DNA of 64,000 nt from Thermoanaerobaculia bacterium (lineage in GTDB: Bacteria > Acidobacteriota > Thermoanaerobaculia > UBA5066 > Gp7-AA6). This document shows positions 26,009-35,436 of this stretch, piece by piece; the first letter of the stretch is position 1; the number at the start of each line of letters is the position of its first letter. The position numbers were made by a program, and so were the translations under genes. The stretch covers positions 64,154 to 128,153 of the forward strand of contig DATKAE010000027.1 in NCBI GenBank assembly GCA_035498405.1. The letters run 5' to 3'. The notes beneath the pieces were generated by a model that worked only from the letters and a program-made list of their open reading frames with translations, searched no databases and was not told the origin of the DNA.

Positions 26009-27507
26009 GGGATCCCCCCATTCTCCTTGTGCGCCGGATTGACGATTTCCGCCGCCCTCGGAAGGAGCGCCCCGGTCGCGTGCGCAAGCTGGGCCATTGC
26101 CAGGAACCAGAGCGACCGAGCCTCGACGTCCTGCGCGCGCGCATTGGCGAGCGACGTCTGGGCGCTCAAAAGGTCGAGGATGCTGCCGACTCCTTCTTTG
26201 TAGCGCCCTTCCTCGACGTCGGCCGACTGGCTCGCGCTCGCCAGGAGGTCCTTCGTCGTGCGCACGGTCTGCGCGGCCGTCCGAACCGCGTAGTAGCTCG
26301 TCCAGACGTCGAGCGTGACCTGGTCCTGCGTCCTCACCGCCGCCGCCCGCGCCAGCTCGGCCTCCTCCTTCGCCTTTCGGGTGCTGTAGACGGTGTCGAG
26401 GCCCGTGAACACCGGGATGCGCAGCAGGATCGCGCCGGTGTAGTTATCCGAGTAGGGCGATTGGGTCGAGTTGTAGTAATAGGTTCGGTTGAGGGTGCCG
26501 AGCGCCACCAGCTTGGGCAGGCCATCCGCCAACACCGATTGGATGTGTTGCTGCGCCGCCTCGGCCTCGAAGCGCCGCGCCGCCAGGTCTGGCCGCTCGG
26601 CGCTCGCCTGCGCGATCAGCTCGTCCACGCTCTTGGTGACGCGGTCCAAGGGAAGCTCCTCGGGCAGCTCGCCCACGTCGACCGGCACCGTGGCCGGCAC
26701 GCCGACGGCCGTCGCGAGCGTTCCCCGGATCACCTGGACCAGCCCCTGCGCGATCTGCAGGTTGAGCTCGGCCTGCGACACGGAAGTCTTCGCGAGCAGG
26801 ACATCGGCGATCGTCGCCACTCCTGCCCGGTGGCGCGCCTCGGCGGCGTCCAGATTGCTGCGGGCATCCTCCAGGTTTACCTGCCGCGCGACCACGAGCG
26901 CCTTGTCGTTCAAGTAGGTGTAGTACGCCTGCGCCACCTGCAGAACGACGTCCTGAATGGCCGCGTTATGACCCCAATCGGCCGCAAAGAGCGCCGCCCG
27001 CGCCTCGGCGACGTCGGCGCTTCGCCCGCCAAAGTCGAATAACAGCCAGTTGAGCGCGGCGGCCGGTCCGTACGTCGTCTGCAGGTAGGTGAACTGGCTG
27101 GGCTGGCCTCCCAGCGCGGTCTGTTTCTCCCGCGTGATCGAGCCGTCGAGCTCGATGTAGGGGAAGAACTCCGCCTGCTTGACTCCCACTTCGGCGGCGG
27201 CCGCCCGCGCGAAGTGCCATGCCTCGCGGGTGGCCGGGTTGTTGCGCAGCGCGACGTCGACGAGCTGGGCGAGTGAAAAGGTGGTGCCGGGCTTCAGGTA
27301 TTGCGGCGGAATCTCGAGGGTCGACGCCGGCGCCTGCGGCATCTGCCCTGCCGGCGGCGGACTCCAGGGAACGGCCGGGGCCTGCGAGACCGCGCCCGAA
27401 ATGGCCCGTCCCGGCTGCATGTGCGTGCAAGCGGCGGCCGTCAACAGAACGGCCAGGCTGGCCGCCCCGCGGCCGAGCGCCCCGCGCCAGAAAGAAGGCT
27501 GCGTCAT
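26005..27507 (-). CDS. Efflux outer-membrane factor lipoprotein (NodT/TolC family)
   Basis: Lipobox 'LTAAAC'. Contains two OEP repeats with coiled-coil heptads. Confidence 0.9.
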   Translation of the reverse strand: MTQPSFWRGALGRGAASLAVLLTAAACTHMQPGRAISGAVSQAPAVPWSPPPAGQMPQAPASTLEIPPQYLKPGTTFSLAQLVDVALRNNPATREAWHFARAAAAEVGVKQAEFFPYIELDGSITREKQTALGGQPSQFTYLQTTYGPAAALNWLLFDFGGRSADVAEARAALFAADWGHNAAIQDVVLQVAQAYYTYLNDKALVVARQVNLEDARSNLDAAEARHRAGVATIADVLLAKTSVSQAELNLQIAQGLVQVIRGTLATAVGVPATVPVDVGELPEELPLDRVTKSVDELIAQASAERPDLAARRFEAEAAQQHIQSVLADGLPKLVALGTLNRTYYYNSTQSPYSDNYTGAILLRIPVFTGLDTVYSTRKAKEEAELARAAAVRTQDQVTLDVWTSYYAVRTAAQTVRTTKDLLASASQSADVEEGRYKEGVGSILDLLSAQTSLANARAQDVEARSLWFLAMAQLAHATGALLPRAAEIVNPAHKENGGIP

Positions 27508-28088
27508 GCTGTCCCACTCCGCGCGATTCCTCGAGTGAAAAGGCCGACGATCTCCGATACGAGCGCGTCGATCGTGTCGCCGTCCCTTCGGAAGATGTTG
27601 ATTCCCCGAACCATTCCCAGAAAAGCCTCGGCGGCGAGGAAGGGATCGACACCGCGGAACTCGCGGCGCTCGATTCCCGAGACGATCGCCTCTTGCGCGA
27701 GCTTCATGATTCGATCGTGCCGCTCCCGTAACCCTCCGCGACGCGTCGAGAGGTTGCGCTCGTCCCGGTAGAGAAGCATCAAGAGCGAGCGCTGGTGCCA
27801 GAAAAAGGAGAGCATCTCACGGGCGATCCGCTCGAGACGCCGCGTCGGCGAAACCTCCTGCGGCAAGGCGGTCAACAGCAGGTCGTGCAGCCGGTCGAGG
27901 CCCCGGAGAATCGTCGCAAAGTAGAGGTCTTCCTTGGTCCGGAAGTACCGATAGACAGTGCCTTTGCCGATTCCGCCGGCCTCCGCGATCTCGTCGATCA
28001 GGACGTGATGGAAGTCCTTCCGGGCAAAGACGCGCGAGGCGGCTTCCAGAATCTCTTCGTGTTTCTCGTCGGTCTTTACGCGGGGCAT
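27504..28088 (-). CDS. TetR/AcrR family transcriptional regulator
   Basis: N-terminal HTH 'IAEAGGIGKGTVYRYFRTKEDLY'. It is the first gene of the efflux operon. Confidence 0.9.
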   Translation of the reverse strand: MPRVKTDEKHEEILEAASRVFARKDFHHVLIDEIAEAGGIGKGTVYRYFRTKEDLYFATILRGLDRLHDLLLTALPQEVSPTRRLERIAREMLSFFWHQRSLLMLLYRDERNLSTRRGGLRERHDRIMKLAQEAIVSGIERREFRGVDPFLAAEAFLGMVRGINIFRRDGDTIDALVSEIVGLFTRGIARSGTA

Positions 28089-28096
28089 GGCTAATT

Positions 28097-28118
28097 TGGA
28101 ACTGACCGGTCAGTTCCA
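28097..28118. promoter_or_regulatory. 22-bp perfect palindrome TGGAACTGACCGGTCAGTTCCA, probable TetR operator
   Basis: Perfect dyad located 9 nt upstream of the TetR start codon (minus strand). Confidence 0.5.
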
Positions 28119-28172
28119 GTATTTCATACGGGAGACGGGCCCGCCGAGTTGCGTCGAGCCGCTCGGGGGCGG

Positions 28173-29834
28173 CTACCTGAGCGATCCCTCTGCGGCCGCG
28201 GCCCGCCCGGATACAAACGCCTTCGCTTCAGCCAGTTCCGGGCGCCGGCTCCCGGGATCGGCTATTGCCAGGAGCCTTTCGTAATAGGTCTTCGCCTTAC
28301 GCACCTGACCGGTCATCTGCGCCGCTCGTGCCGCGCCGTAGAGGCTGTTGAAACGGTTCGGGGCCGCGGCGAGAACGACCTCGTACTCCCGCAGAGCTTC
28401 GGCCGGCCGGTTACTCCCCCAAAGGAAGTCGGCCAACTGCTCGCGGGCGGGCACGATCGCGCCCGGCGTGACCGCGTGCTTTTCGGTCGAATCCTCCAGG
28501 GTCGCCGCACGGCGCATCAGCGCCAGGGCTTCCTCCCCTCCGCCCTCGGCCTGGGCGAGCCAACCCTCCGCTTCGAGCCGGAGCACCTCGAGAGGCGTCG
28601 ACCAGTCGAATCCCGGCTGACCCTTGACGCTGTCCCGCAGCGAGATGAGCGCCTCGATCTCTTTACGTGCCGCGGCCATGTCTCCGGTGCAGGCCGCACC
28701 AATCGCTCGCGCGAAGCGCGTCATGCCGTTCGCGATCGCGAATTTCCCCCAGGGAAAGTCCGCCGGGGAGCTCTCGAGCGCCGCGGCCTCCACCCAGCAA
28801 TGTCTCTCGACGAGATACCGCACGGGAATCGCCGAAAGCGCATAGGCCGCCGTCATGGCCACGGGTTCCGCGGTCTTCACCTCCTTCGTGCGATCGATCA
28901 CGGCCTTCGCACTCTCGTCGTCGCCCCGCTGGAGATAGGCGTACATCAGGTAGTCGAGCGCGTGCAGCTCCTGGTCCCAGGCGGCCGACATGCCGGAGCG
29001 CCGCTCGTAGTCGCGGGCCGCGCCGGCCGATGCGAGGTTCGAATCGATCGAATCCTGCCAGAGGCCCAATCGCGTGAAGATGTGGGACGGCATGTGGAGC
29101 GCGTGCGGAACCGCCGGGGCGACCCTCGCATAATTGCGGGCGGCGTTCAATGCGAGCGGAGCGAGCACCGGCGTGTCGTAGGCGTGGATGTAGTAGTGGA
29201 GCACACCGGGGTGATCGGGCATCTCGCTGGCGATCCGATCGAGGACGGCGGCGGCCTTTCTCGGATTGGTCTCGTCGTTCGGCGAGACCGACAGGGTCCA
29301 GAGAAGCGCGACGGCGTAGAAGGCGGCCGCTTCGTGATCCTCCGGATACGCGTGGGTGACTGCCTCCATCGCCTTCTCGTAGGCGATGGCGCGGGTCTTG
29401 TGGTCCAGCCGGTCGGAGTCCCGGTAGAAGACCTCGATCGCCGCGATGTACGCTTTCTCGCGATCCGTCGTGCCTCCGATCGACTTCGCCTTCGCGACGG
29501 CCTCCCGGCCGCCGGCGAGCTCCGCGGCGCCCGGCGGGTACCAGATCGGGTGGTAGAGGCTCATCGCGATTCCCCAGTACGCCATCGCGCAGCGCGGATC
29601 GGCGGCGGCGGTCTTCCGGAAGGCCTTCTCCGCTTCCTCGTACCAGAAGGAGTGCAGCATCGCCACACCGCGGGCAAACTCGGCCTGTGCCGCTTCGTTG
29701 CAGGAGACCGGGAAGGAAAGGCGGCCGAGCTCCTGCTCCTCCCCCGTCTGATGGGAATGGCCTTCGTGTTGCGCGGCGGCTCTGGCCGATAACAGCAGGG
29801 CAAACGAAAAGGCGGCACCCAGCCGTCGCTTCAT
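28173..29834 (-). CDS. Secreted TPR-like protein with conserved His motifs (paralog of 2636-4300)
   Basis: ATG at 29834. Signal peptide followed by 'QHEGHSHQ'. Shares 'HPGVLHYYIHA' and 'HALHMPSHIF'. The rest of giant ORF 28173-32741 is antisense artefact. Confidence 0.75.
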   Translation of the reverse strand: MKRRLGAAFSFALLLSARAAAQHEGHSHQTGEEQELGRLSFPVSCNEAAQAEFARGVAMLHSFWYEEAEKAFRKTAAADPRCAMAYWGIAMSLYHPIWYPPGAAELAGGREAVAKAKSIGGTTDREKAYIAAIEVFYRDSDRLDHKTRAIAYEKAMEAVTHAYPEDHEAAAFYAVALLWTLSVSPNDETNPRKAAAVLDRIASEMPDHPGVLHYYIHAYDTPVLAPLALNAARNYARVAPAVPHALHMPSHIFTRLGLWQDSIDSNLASAGAARDYERRSGMSAAWDQELHALDYLMYAYLQRGDDESAKAVIDRTKEVKTAEPVAMTAAYALSAIPVRYLVERHCWVEAAALESSPADFPWGKFAIANGMTRFARAIGAACTGDMAAARKEIEALISLRDSVKGQPGFDWSTPLEVLRLEAEGWLAQAEGGGEEALALMRRAATLEDSTEKHAVTPGAIVPAREQLADFLWGSNRPAEALREYEVVLAAAPNRFNSLYGAARAAQMTGQVRKAKTYYERLLAIADPGSRRPELAEAKAFVSGRAAAAEGSLR

Positions 29835-29954
29835 GGCATTGACCTCCAGGAGCACCGCGGCAGCTCCCCAGCGTACACGAATCGGCACGCGCTTCGCGGA
29901 GGGTGGCCATCGAGGCCAAACCCTTCTGTATGTTAGAATTGCCGAACTACATCG

Positions 29955-30458
29955 ATGAAATTCAACGGTGTCCTCCGCCAGAGCTTCTCGACGGCCGATG
30001 TGGCCCGGTTGACGGGTCTGACCCCGAGGCAGCTCGACCACTGGGACCGCCAGGGCTTCCTCAGGCCATCGCTCGAGCAGGCTTCGGGCTATGGCTCCAT
30101 GCGCCGATACTCGTTCGCCGACGTCGTGCGCCTGCGGGTCGCCGCACGGTTGAGGGCGGCGGGAATCGGCCTCCAGCGGATCCGCCGCTGCGCGGATGCG
30201 CTCGCGCGGCTGGAGCCCGAAGGGCCCGGAGATCTCGCGGGAGCGCGTTTGCTCGTGGTCGGCAATCAGGTCCTCTGGGCGCGTTCCGACCAGGAGCTGG
30301 TGGACCTCTTGAACGAAGGGCAGATGGTTCTCGTCTTCTCGCTGGGCGGCGCGGTCGAGGACGCGGCCGGCGCGGTCGATCGACTCTCGCGGGAGGCCGA
30401 GAACGAGAGCTTGCCGGCCGCTTCGAAGGCGCGGCGGAGGCGGCGACACCTTACCTAG
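29955..30458 (+). CDS. MerR family transcriptional regulator
   Basis: HTH 'FSTADVARLTGLTPRQLDHWDRQGFL' plus 'RRYSFADVVRLRVAARL'. Confidence 0.8.
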   Translation: MKFNGVLRQSFSTADVARLTGLTPRQLDHWDRQGFLRPSLEQASGYGSMRRYSFADVVRLRVAARLRAAGIGLQRIRRCADALARLEPEGPGDLAGARLLVVGNQVLWARSDQELVDLLNEGQMVLVFSLGGAVEDAAGAVDRLSREAENESLPAASKARRRRRHLT

Positions 30459-30497
30459 GGGTACCCCGGTCGGCCGGGCGGGACAGGAGGCGGTGGG

Positions 30498-31592
30498 TTG
30501 GAGCAGCACGAGGCGAACCCTCGCGTCGGGTCGCTTGCGCGACTCGGGCGCCAGCGGGATTTTTCCGTTCCCCGCTTTCGTCGCGCACTGACACTCGCGT
30601 CGCGGCACACCAAGCGCGCCGAGATCCTTCGCTTGCTCTTCTCCGAGTGGCTGGGCCTCACGCTCTCCGCTCCCGAGGCCGAGAGCGCGTGGCAGGAGAT
30701 CGAGGAGCTCGTGCCCCGCATGCGCGAGAAGCTCGGGCGCCCGCTCTCGCTTCAGACCGTGCTGCTGCATCATTTTCACAGCCACAAGGGGAAGCTGAAG
30801 GAGCCCTGCCTCGTGCCGGAGCGGGAGCTGGCCCGCCTTCGCGTGAGCGCCTTGACCGATCCGCTGACGGGCCTCTACAACCGGCGGTTCCTCATGGAGC
30901 ACTTTGCTCGCGAGATCGCTCGCTCCGAGCGGTCGGAAGGCATCGTCTCCGTCATCATGCTCGACCTGAAGGACTTCAAGGCGGTCAACGACCGCTACGG
31001 GCATCCCGTCGGCGACAACGTGCTGCTGCGCACGGCCCGCGTGGTGCGGCAATCGCTTCGCACGGTGGATGCCGGTTGCCGCTGGGGCGGCGACGAGTTC
31101 GTCGTCGTGCTGCCCAACACGAGTCTGCTCTTCGCCGTCGCCGTGGCAGAGCGAATAAGGCGTCGAGTCGCGGCGCTCTCGCTGCCGTTTCGCTCGGAGC
31201 TGCGGATCGGTCTCCATTATGGAATCGCAACCTATCCGACCGACGGCAAGACCGCGGATTTCCTGCTGAAGGTCGCGGACCTGCGCCTCTATCAATGCCG
31301 CGAGCAGGCAAACTTTGCGGGGGCCGAGCGGCGCAGCTACCCGCGCTTCTCGCCGACGGAAACGAGCGTGCGGCTCTTGCGGCAGGGCGATGAGCCCTGG
31401 ACGGTTCCGGTCGTGGACGTGGGCTACGGCGGCATCGCCCTGCGCGCCCCGCAGCCGGAGAAGTGGCCGCGCCGATGGACGGGTGAGATCTTCCGACGGC
31501 TGAACTCCGAACGGCATCCTGTCAAGCTGCGCGCCATCAACTGGGCGCCCCTGCCGGACGGCGGAGTGCGCGTGGGTTGCGCGTATGTCTGA
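30498..31592 (+). CDS. Diguanylate cyclase (GGDEF with RxxD I-site) fused to C-terminal PilZ-like domain
   Basis: 'LTGLYNRR' and 'RTVDAGCRWGGDEF' (RxxD five residues before GGDEF). C-terminal 'RSYPR' and 'DVGYGG' are PilZ-like motifs. The TTG start is uncertain. Confidence 0.8.
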   Translation: MEQHEANPRVGSLARLGRQRDFSVPRFRRALTLASRHTKRAEILRLLFSEWLGLTLSAPEAESAWQEIEELVPRMREKLGRPLSLQTVLLHHFHSHKGKLKEPCLVPERELARLRVSALTDPLTGLYNRRFLMEHFAREIARSERSEGIVSVIMLDLKDFKAVNDRYGHPVGDNVLLRTARVVRQSLRTVDAGCRWGGDEFVVVLPNTSLLFAVAVAERIRRRVAALSLPFRSELRIGLHYGIATYPTDGKTADFLLKVADLRLYQCREQANFAGAERRSYPRFSPTETSVRLLRQGDEPWTVPVVDVGYGGIALRAPQPEKWPRRWTGEIFRRLNSERHPVKLRAINWAPLPDGGVRVGCAYV

Positions 31593-31619
31593 TCGGCCCA
31601 AGCCGGAGCCTGCCTCGAA

Positions 31620-31640
31620 CCCTCTCCCCGAGGGAGAGGG
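31620..31640 (+). other. 9-bp stem hairpin CCCTCTCCC-cga-GGGAGAGGG
   Basis: Perfect stem lying between the GGDEF-PilZ stop and the HK start, with no U-tract. Confidence 0.3.
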
Positions 31641-31649
31641 AGCGGAGCC

Positions 31650-32924
31650 TTGACCTCGCCGGCCTTCGCCGCTCATCGGGCGGCGGTCTCGGCGCTCTTC
31701 GCCCTCTTCTGCTTGCTCGCCATCGTTCTCTCGGCGGGTGATCCTCGCCTCTTCGCCATCTTGGCCGGGCTGTCGCTTCTTTCCGCATTCCTCGTGACCC
31801 GCGAATTCGTCGGAGGACTCGGGGCGTTCGCGTCGCCCCTCGCGATCCTCCTCGATCAGGCGTTGCTCTGGGCCGCGATCGTGCCGGCCGGGGGAGGTCA
31901 GAGTCTCTTCGCCCTGCTCTTGCCCGCCGGGGTCGCCCTCGCCTGGCAGCTCGAAGGAAGAGGCGCCGCGCGGTTCTATGCCGTGATCTCGCTCGCGGCG
32001 GCCGGCGGGCTTCTGGCGGCGCGCGCCCTGCCGCTCTCCTTGCCAGGGCTCCTGCCACTGGTGCTGACGGTCCTCGCCGCGCCGGCCCTGCTGATTGCCC
32101 TGGAGGCGGCGACGAGTCGGGCAAAGGGCGCCGCGACCGATCGCGCGGCGGCCGAGTCTGCGGCAACGGAGCAGGCGACGACCGCTTCGGCCTCGCCGGC
32201 GCGCGAGACGGTCCGCGCGAGGAGGCGAGACGAGGCGATTCTTCACGATCTGAAATCGCCGCTTTCGGTCCTGCGTGTGTACGCCGACCTGATCACCGAG
32301 GGGGCTCGGCGCGGAGAGCTGCCCAATCCGGAGCACCTGACGAATCTCTCCCGCGAAATCGAGCTCGTCGAGAAGCTCGTCGGCGGCTCCGCCGAGCCGG
32401 CTGCGGTTGCCGAGAACCGCGGAGCGCCGGAGAAGGCCCCCGCGCCTCCCCGCGAGGCCACCTCCGCGGATCTGGTCGAGATCCTGGGCTCGCTCGCGAC
32501 GGCCTATCGCCTCTCGCAGGGGGGCCGACGCCGCATCGAGTTCATCGCGGAGAAGCCGGAACTCGTGGTGGCGGCCGATCCGGTCGCCCTTCAGCGCGCC
32601 TTTCGCAACGTCCTCGAGAACGCCGTCAAGTACACCCCTGAGGGGGGCGAAATCCGGATCCGGGCCGGTCCCGCCGGCCCGCACGCGTTCGTGGTCTTCA
32701 AAGACACCGGCATCGGCATGACGCCGGAGGAACGCACCCACGCCTTCGACTACGCCTTTCGCGGCTCGGGGGCGATCGCCTCCGGCGCTCGCGGCAAGGG
32801 AATCGGCCTGGCCGTCACGAAGGAAATCCTCGAGGCCAACGGGGGTCGGATCAGCCTCTCCTCGGAGACCGGATTCGGATCCGAGGTGACGATCCTGCTT
32901 CCCTTCGCGCGGGGGACGCGGTGA
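31650..32924 (+). CDS. Membrane sensor histidine kinase
   Basis: Multiple N-terminal TM segments. H-box 'ILHDLKSPLSVL'. HATPase motifs 'NAVKYTPEGG', 'DTGIGM' and 'GKGIGLA'. TTG start. Confidence 0.8.
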   Translation: MTSPAFAAHRAAVSALFALFCLLAIVLSAGDPRLFAILAGLSLLSAFLVTREFVGGLGAFASPLAILLDQALLWAAIVPAGGGQSLFALLLPAGVALAWQLEGRGAARFYAVISLAAAGGLLAARALPLSLPGLLPLVLTVLAAPALLIALEAATSRAKGAATDRAAAESAATEQATTASASPARETVRARRRDEAILHDLKSPLSVLRVYADLITEGARRGELPNPEHLTNLSREIELVEKLVGGSAEPAAVAENRGAPEKAPAPPREATSADLVEILGSLATAYRLSQGGRRRIEFIAEKPELVVAADPVALQRAFRNVLENAVKYTPEGGEIRIRAGPAGPHAFVVFKDTGIGMTPEERTHAFDYAFRGSGAIASGARGKGIGLAVTKEILEANGGRISLSSETGFGSEVTILLPFARGTR

Positions 32925-33316
32925 AGCGCATCGTCGTCGTCGATGACGAGCCGGGTGTCGGCACGGCGATCCGCGATCTGCTCTCGCCGGACGGATACGC
33001 CGTCGAGGCGCCGGGCGACGCTCGGGCCGCCCTCCCCGACCTCATCCGCGCGGCGCCGGATCTCCTGATTCTCGACGTCAACATGCCCGGAATGAGCGGC
33101 TGGGAGCTGTGCGCGATCCTGCGACGGCAAACCGCGACGCGCGGCGTTCCGATTCTGTTCCTGACGGGCCGCCGCGAGCTGAAGGACCGAATCACTGCCA
33201 TGCAGCTCGGGGGATCCGACTACCTGGCCAAGCCCTTCGGCGCCGACGAACTGCGCCGAAAGGTTCGCGCCGTTCTCGAGCGCGAACTCGAAGAGGGTCG
33301 ACCGGAGGAACAATGA
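32921..33316 (+). CDS. Single-domain response regulator (REC)
   Basis: 'IVVVDDEPG', 'LLILDVNMPGMSG' and 'KPF'. 4-nt overlap with the HK. Confidence 0.85.
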   Translation: MKRIVVVDDEPGVGTAIRDLLSPDGYAVEAPGDARAALPDLIRAAPDLLILDVNMPGMSGWELCAILRRQTATRGVPILFLTGRRELKDRITAMQLGGSDYLAKPFGADELRRKVRAVLERELEEGRPEEQ

Positions 33317-34677
33317 GCTCGAGACGCCGCACGGATCCGGTTCGCCTGGAGCCACGCCGCCAACCGGTCGCCGAAGACGTTTCGGCGAAAACGGTCGAGC
33401 GCCTTCGGCAGGAACGGTTGGTTTACGACGGGGTGACGGGGCTCCCGCTTCATCCGTTCGAGGATCCGGATCGGGCCTCCGCAATCGAGCGGATCGAGCG
33501 TCTCGGCGTGATCTATCTCCAAATCGGGAAGTTCTTCGGCTTCGAAGAGTTCTACGGCTGGGAGCTCTACGACCGCGTTCTTGTGGCGGTCTCGGAGGGC
33601 CTGCGCGCGGACGTGGAAGCCTCGCGCCTCTCTCCCCATTTCGTGTCGCTTCGCTACTCCGGCTCCGACGGCTTCTACGTGCTCTTCGATCTGCCGACCG
33701 TCGTCCGGGGACGCGCGCTCCCCTCGCTCGAGCGAGAGGCGCTGAACTTCCAGGAACGCGCGATGCGGCGTCTTCGCCAAACCTTCGGCGGAACCGCCGT
33801 CGACCTGATGAGCGTCCACGTTTCCAGTCTCATCGCCGACGACAATCCCCGCGTGCGCCCCGCCCGGCATCTGATCCGCAACCTGTCGGAGGCCGCCAAG
33901 ATCGTGTCTCAGCGTCAGACGCGGGAAAAGCTCGATCTGTGCGCGGAATTGAAGGGCGTGATCGGACGAAGGAAGCTCAAAGCCGCCTTCCAGCCGGTGC
34001 GCCACCTGCCCGACGGCCAGATCCTGGGTTACGAGGCCTTGATCCGGGGGCCGCAGGGAAGCTCGCTCGAACGGCCCAACGTTCTCTTCGCGGTCGCCAA
34101 CGAGAACGAGATGGGGATCGAGCTCGAGACCCTGTGCCTCGAGACGATCTTCCGCAGCCTGCCCAAGACGGTCAACACCGGGCGTCTCTTCGTCAACGCG
34201 TCCTCGCGCCTGCTGCGCCATCCGATCTTCCTCGACGAACGGAATCTGAAAGCGATCAACCGGAGCCACGCCGACGTCGTCGTCGAGATCTCGGAGAAGG
34301 AGATGGTGGGCGACTACTCGAGTTTTGCGGAAATCATTCGCACCATTCGGGGGTCGAAACTGAAGATCGCGATCGACGACGCCGGCTCCGGCTACTCGGG
34401 TCTCGAAACGATCCTGAATCTGCGCCCCGACTACATCAAGGTGGCCGACTCCCTGGTCCGCAACCTCGAGGAGGACCCCATCAAGCGGGAGATCATCGCG
34501 AGCCTCGCCGCGATCGGCAGCCGCATCGGGGCAATCGTCATCGCCGAGGGCATCGAAAGGGAAGAGGAGCGAAGGGCTCTAGTCGAGCTCGGTATCCCTT
34601 ACGGCCAGGGGTTCCTTCTGGGGAGGCCTGCTCTCCACGGTCCCGGCGGAAAGAAGCGGGTAGAGACCTCCCACTGA
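33313..34677 (+). CDS. Degenerate GGDEF-like plus EAL domain protein (putative c-di-GMP phosphodiesterase)
   Basis: ATG at 33313 overlaps the REC stop (ATGA). Shows 'YEALIRGP', 'EISE', 'DDAGSGYS' and 'EGIE'. The upstream domain lacks a GGDEF motif. Confidence 0.8.
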   Translation: MSSRRRTDPVRLEPRRQPVAEDVSAKTVERLRQERLVYDGVTGLPLHPFEDPDRASAIERIERLGVIYLQIGKFFGFEEFYGWELYDRVLVAVSEGLRADVEASRLSPHFVSLRYSGSDGFYVLFDLPTVVRGRALPSLEREALNFQERAMRRLRQTFGGTAVDLMSVHVSSLIADDNPRVRPARHLIRNLSEAAKIVSQRQTREKLDLCAELKGVIGRRKLKAAFQPVRHLPDGQILGYEALIRGPQGSSLERPNVLFAVANENEMGIELETLCLETIFRSLPKTVNTGRLFVNASSRLLRHPIFLDERNLKAINRSHADVVVEISEKEMVGDYSSFAEIIRTIRGSKLKIAIDDAGSGYSGLETILNLRPDYIKVADSLVRNLEEDPIKREIIASLAAIGSRIGAIVIAEGIEREEERRALVELGIPYGQGFLLGRPALHGPGGKKRVETSH

Positions 34678-34798
34678 AGGACCTCTCCTAGTCGCTAGTT
34701 AGATAAATACTTATCCATCAGTAATTTAATCCTTTTTTTTTATAGTTTGGATAAACTATAATCTGTTAGTTAACGTAGTTAAGTAACATAGAGGCGTT
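34678..34798. promoter_or_regulatory. AT-rich intergenic island with nested dyads (promoter/operator region of TetR-ABC operon)
   Basis: GATAAatacTTATC at 34702-34715. TATAGTTTggatAAACTATA at 34741-34760. TAGTTAA direct repeats and a T9 run are also present. Confidence 0.45.
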
Positions 34799-35431
34799 AT
34801 GGGAATCACTGAGCGTCGCGAGAGGGAGCGGCAGGAGATCCGGGAAAAGATCCTGGACGCGGCGAGGGAGCTCTTCGCCAGCGACGGCTACGAGGCGGTC
34901 ACGATGCGACGGATCGCCGAGAAGATCGAGTACTCGCCGACGGCGATCTATTTCCACTTCAAGGACAAGGAGGCTCTCCTCCGGGACCTCTGCGACACGG
35001 ACTTCGCCGCGCTCGCCACTCACTTCCAGACGATCGCGCGCATCGCCGACCCCATCGAGCGGCTCCGTCAGATCGGCCTCGCTTACGTGGAGTTCGGTTT
35101 GACGCACCCCAACCAATACCGCTTCATGTTCATGACGCCGCGACCGCCCCTTTCGCCGGACGCAAGCGCCATCGAGCGGGGCAATCCGGAAGAGGACGCA
35201 TACGCCTTCCTCCGAGCGACGATCCAGCAGGGAATCTCCGAGGGGCGCTTCCGCCCCGAGCTTCAGGACGCGGATCTCCTTTCTCAAGTGGTCTGGGAGG
35301 CGACGCACGGCGTCATCTCGCTCCCGATCTGCAAGTGCAACGACGGATGGGTCGACTGGCGTCCGGTTCAAGGGAGCGCCGAGCTCGTCATCGACGCTCT
35401 CATTCGGGGCCTGACGAGGAAGGCGGAGTAG
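34799..35431 (+). CDS. TetR/AcrR family transcriptional regulator
   Basis: 'ILDAARELFASDGYEAVTMRRIAEKIEYSPTAIYFHFKDKEAL'. Confidence 0.9.
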   Translation: MGITERRERERQEIREKILDAARELFASDGYEAVTMRRIAEKIEYSPTAIYFHFKDKEALLRDLCDTDFAALATHFQTIARIADPIERLRQIGLAYVEFGLTHPNQYRFMFMTPRPPLSPDASAIERGNPEEDAYAFLRATIQQGISEGRFRPELQDADLLSQVVWEATHGVISLPICKCNDGWVDWRPVQGSAELVIDALIRGLTRKAE

Positions 35432-35436
35432 CGTCG

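Noticed and set aside
21699-26144. 1481-aa minus-strand ORF spanning the RND gene and beyond.
   Set aside because: The RND protein starts at GTG 24866 ('VNISEIFIRRPV'). The upstream ~425 codons are out-of-frame read-through over the MFP gene with Arg/Gly-rich junk composition.
28173-32741. Giant 1522-aa minus-strand ORF.
   Set aside because: Only 28173-29834 has real protein character (signal peptide, TPR paralog). The remainder is Arg/Gly/Pro-rich antisense read-through of the MerR, GGDEF and HK genes, as is typical of high-GC DNA.
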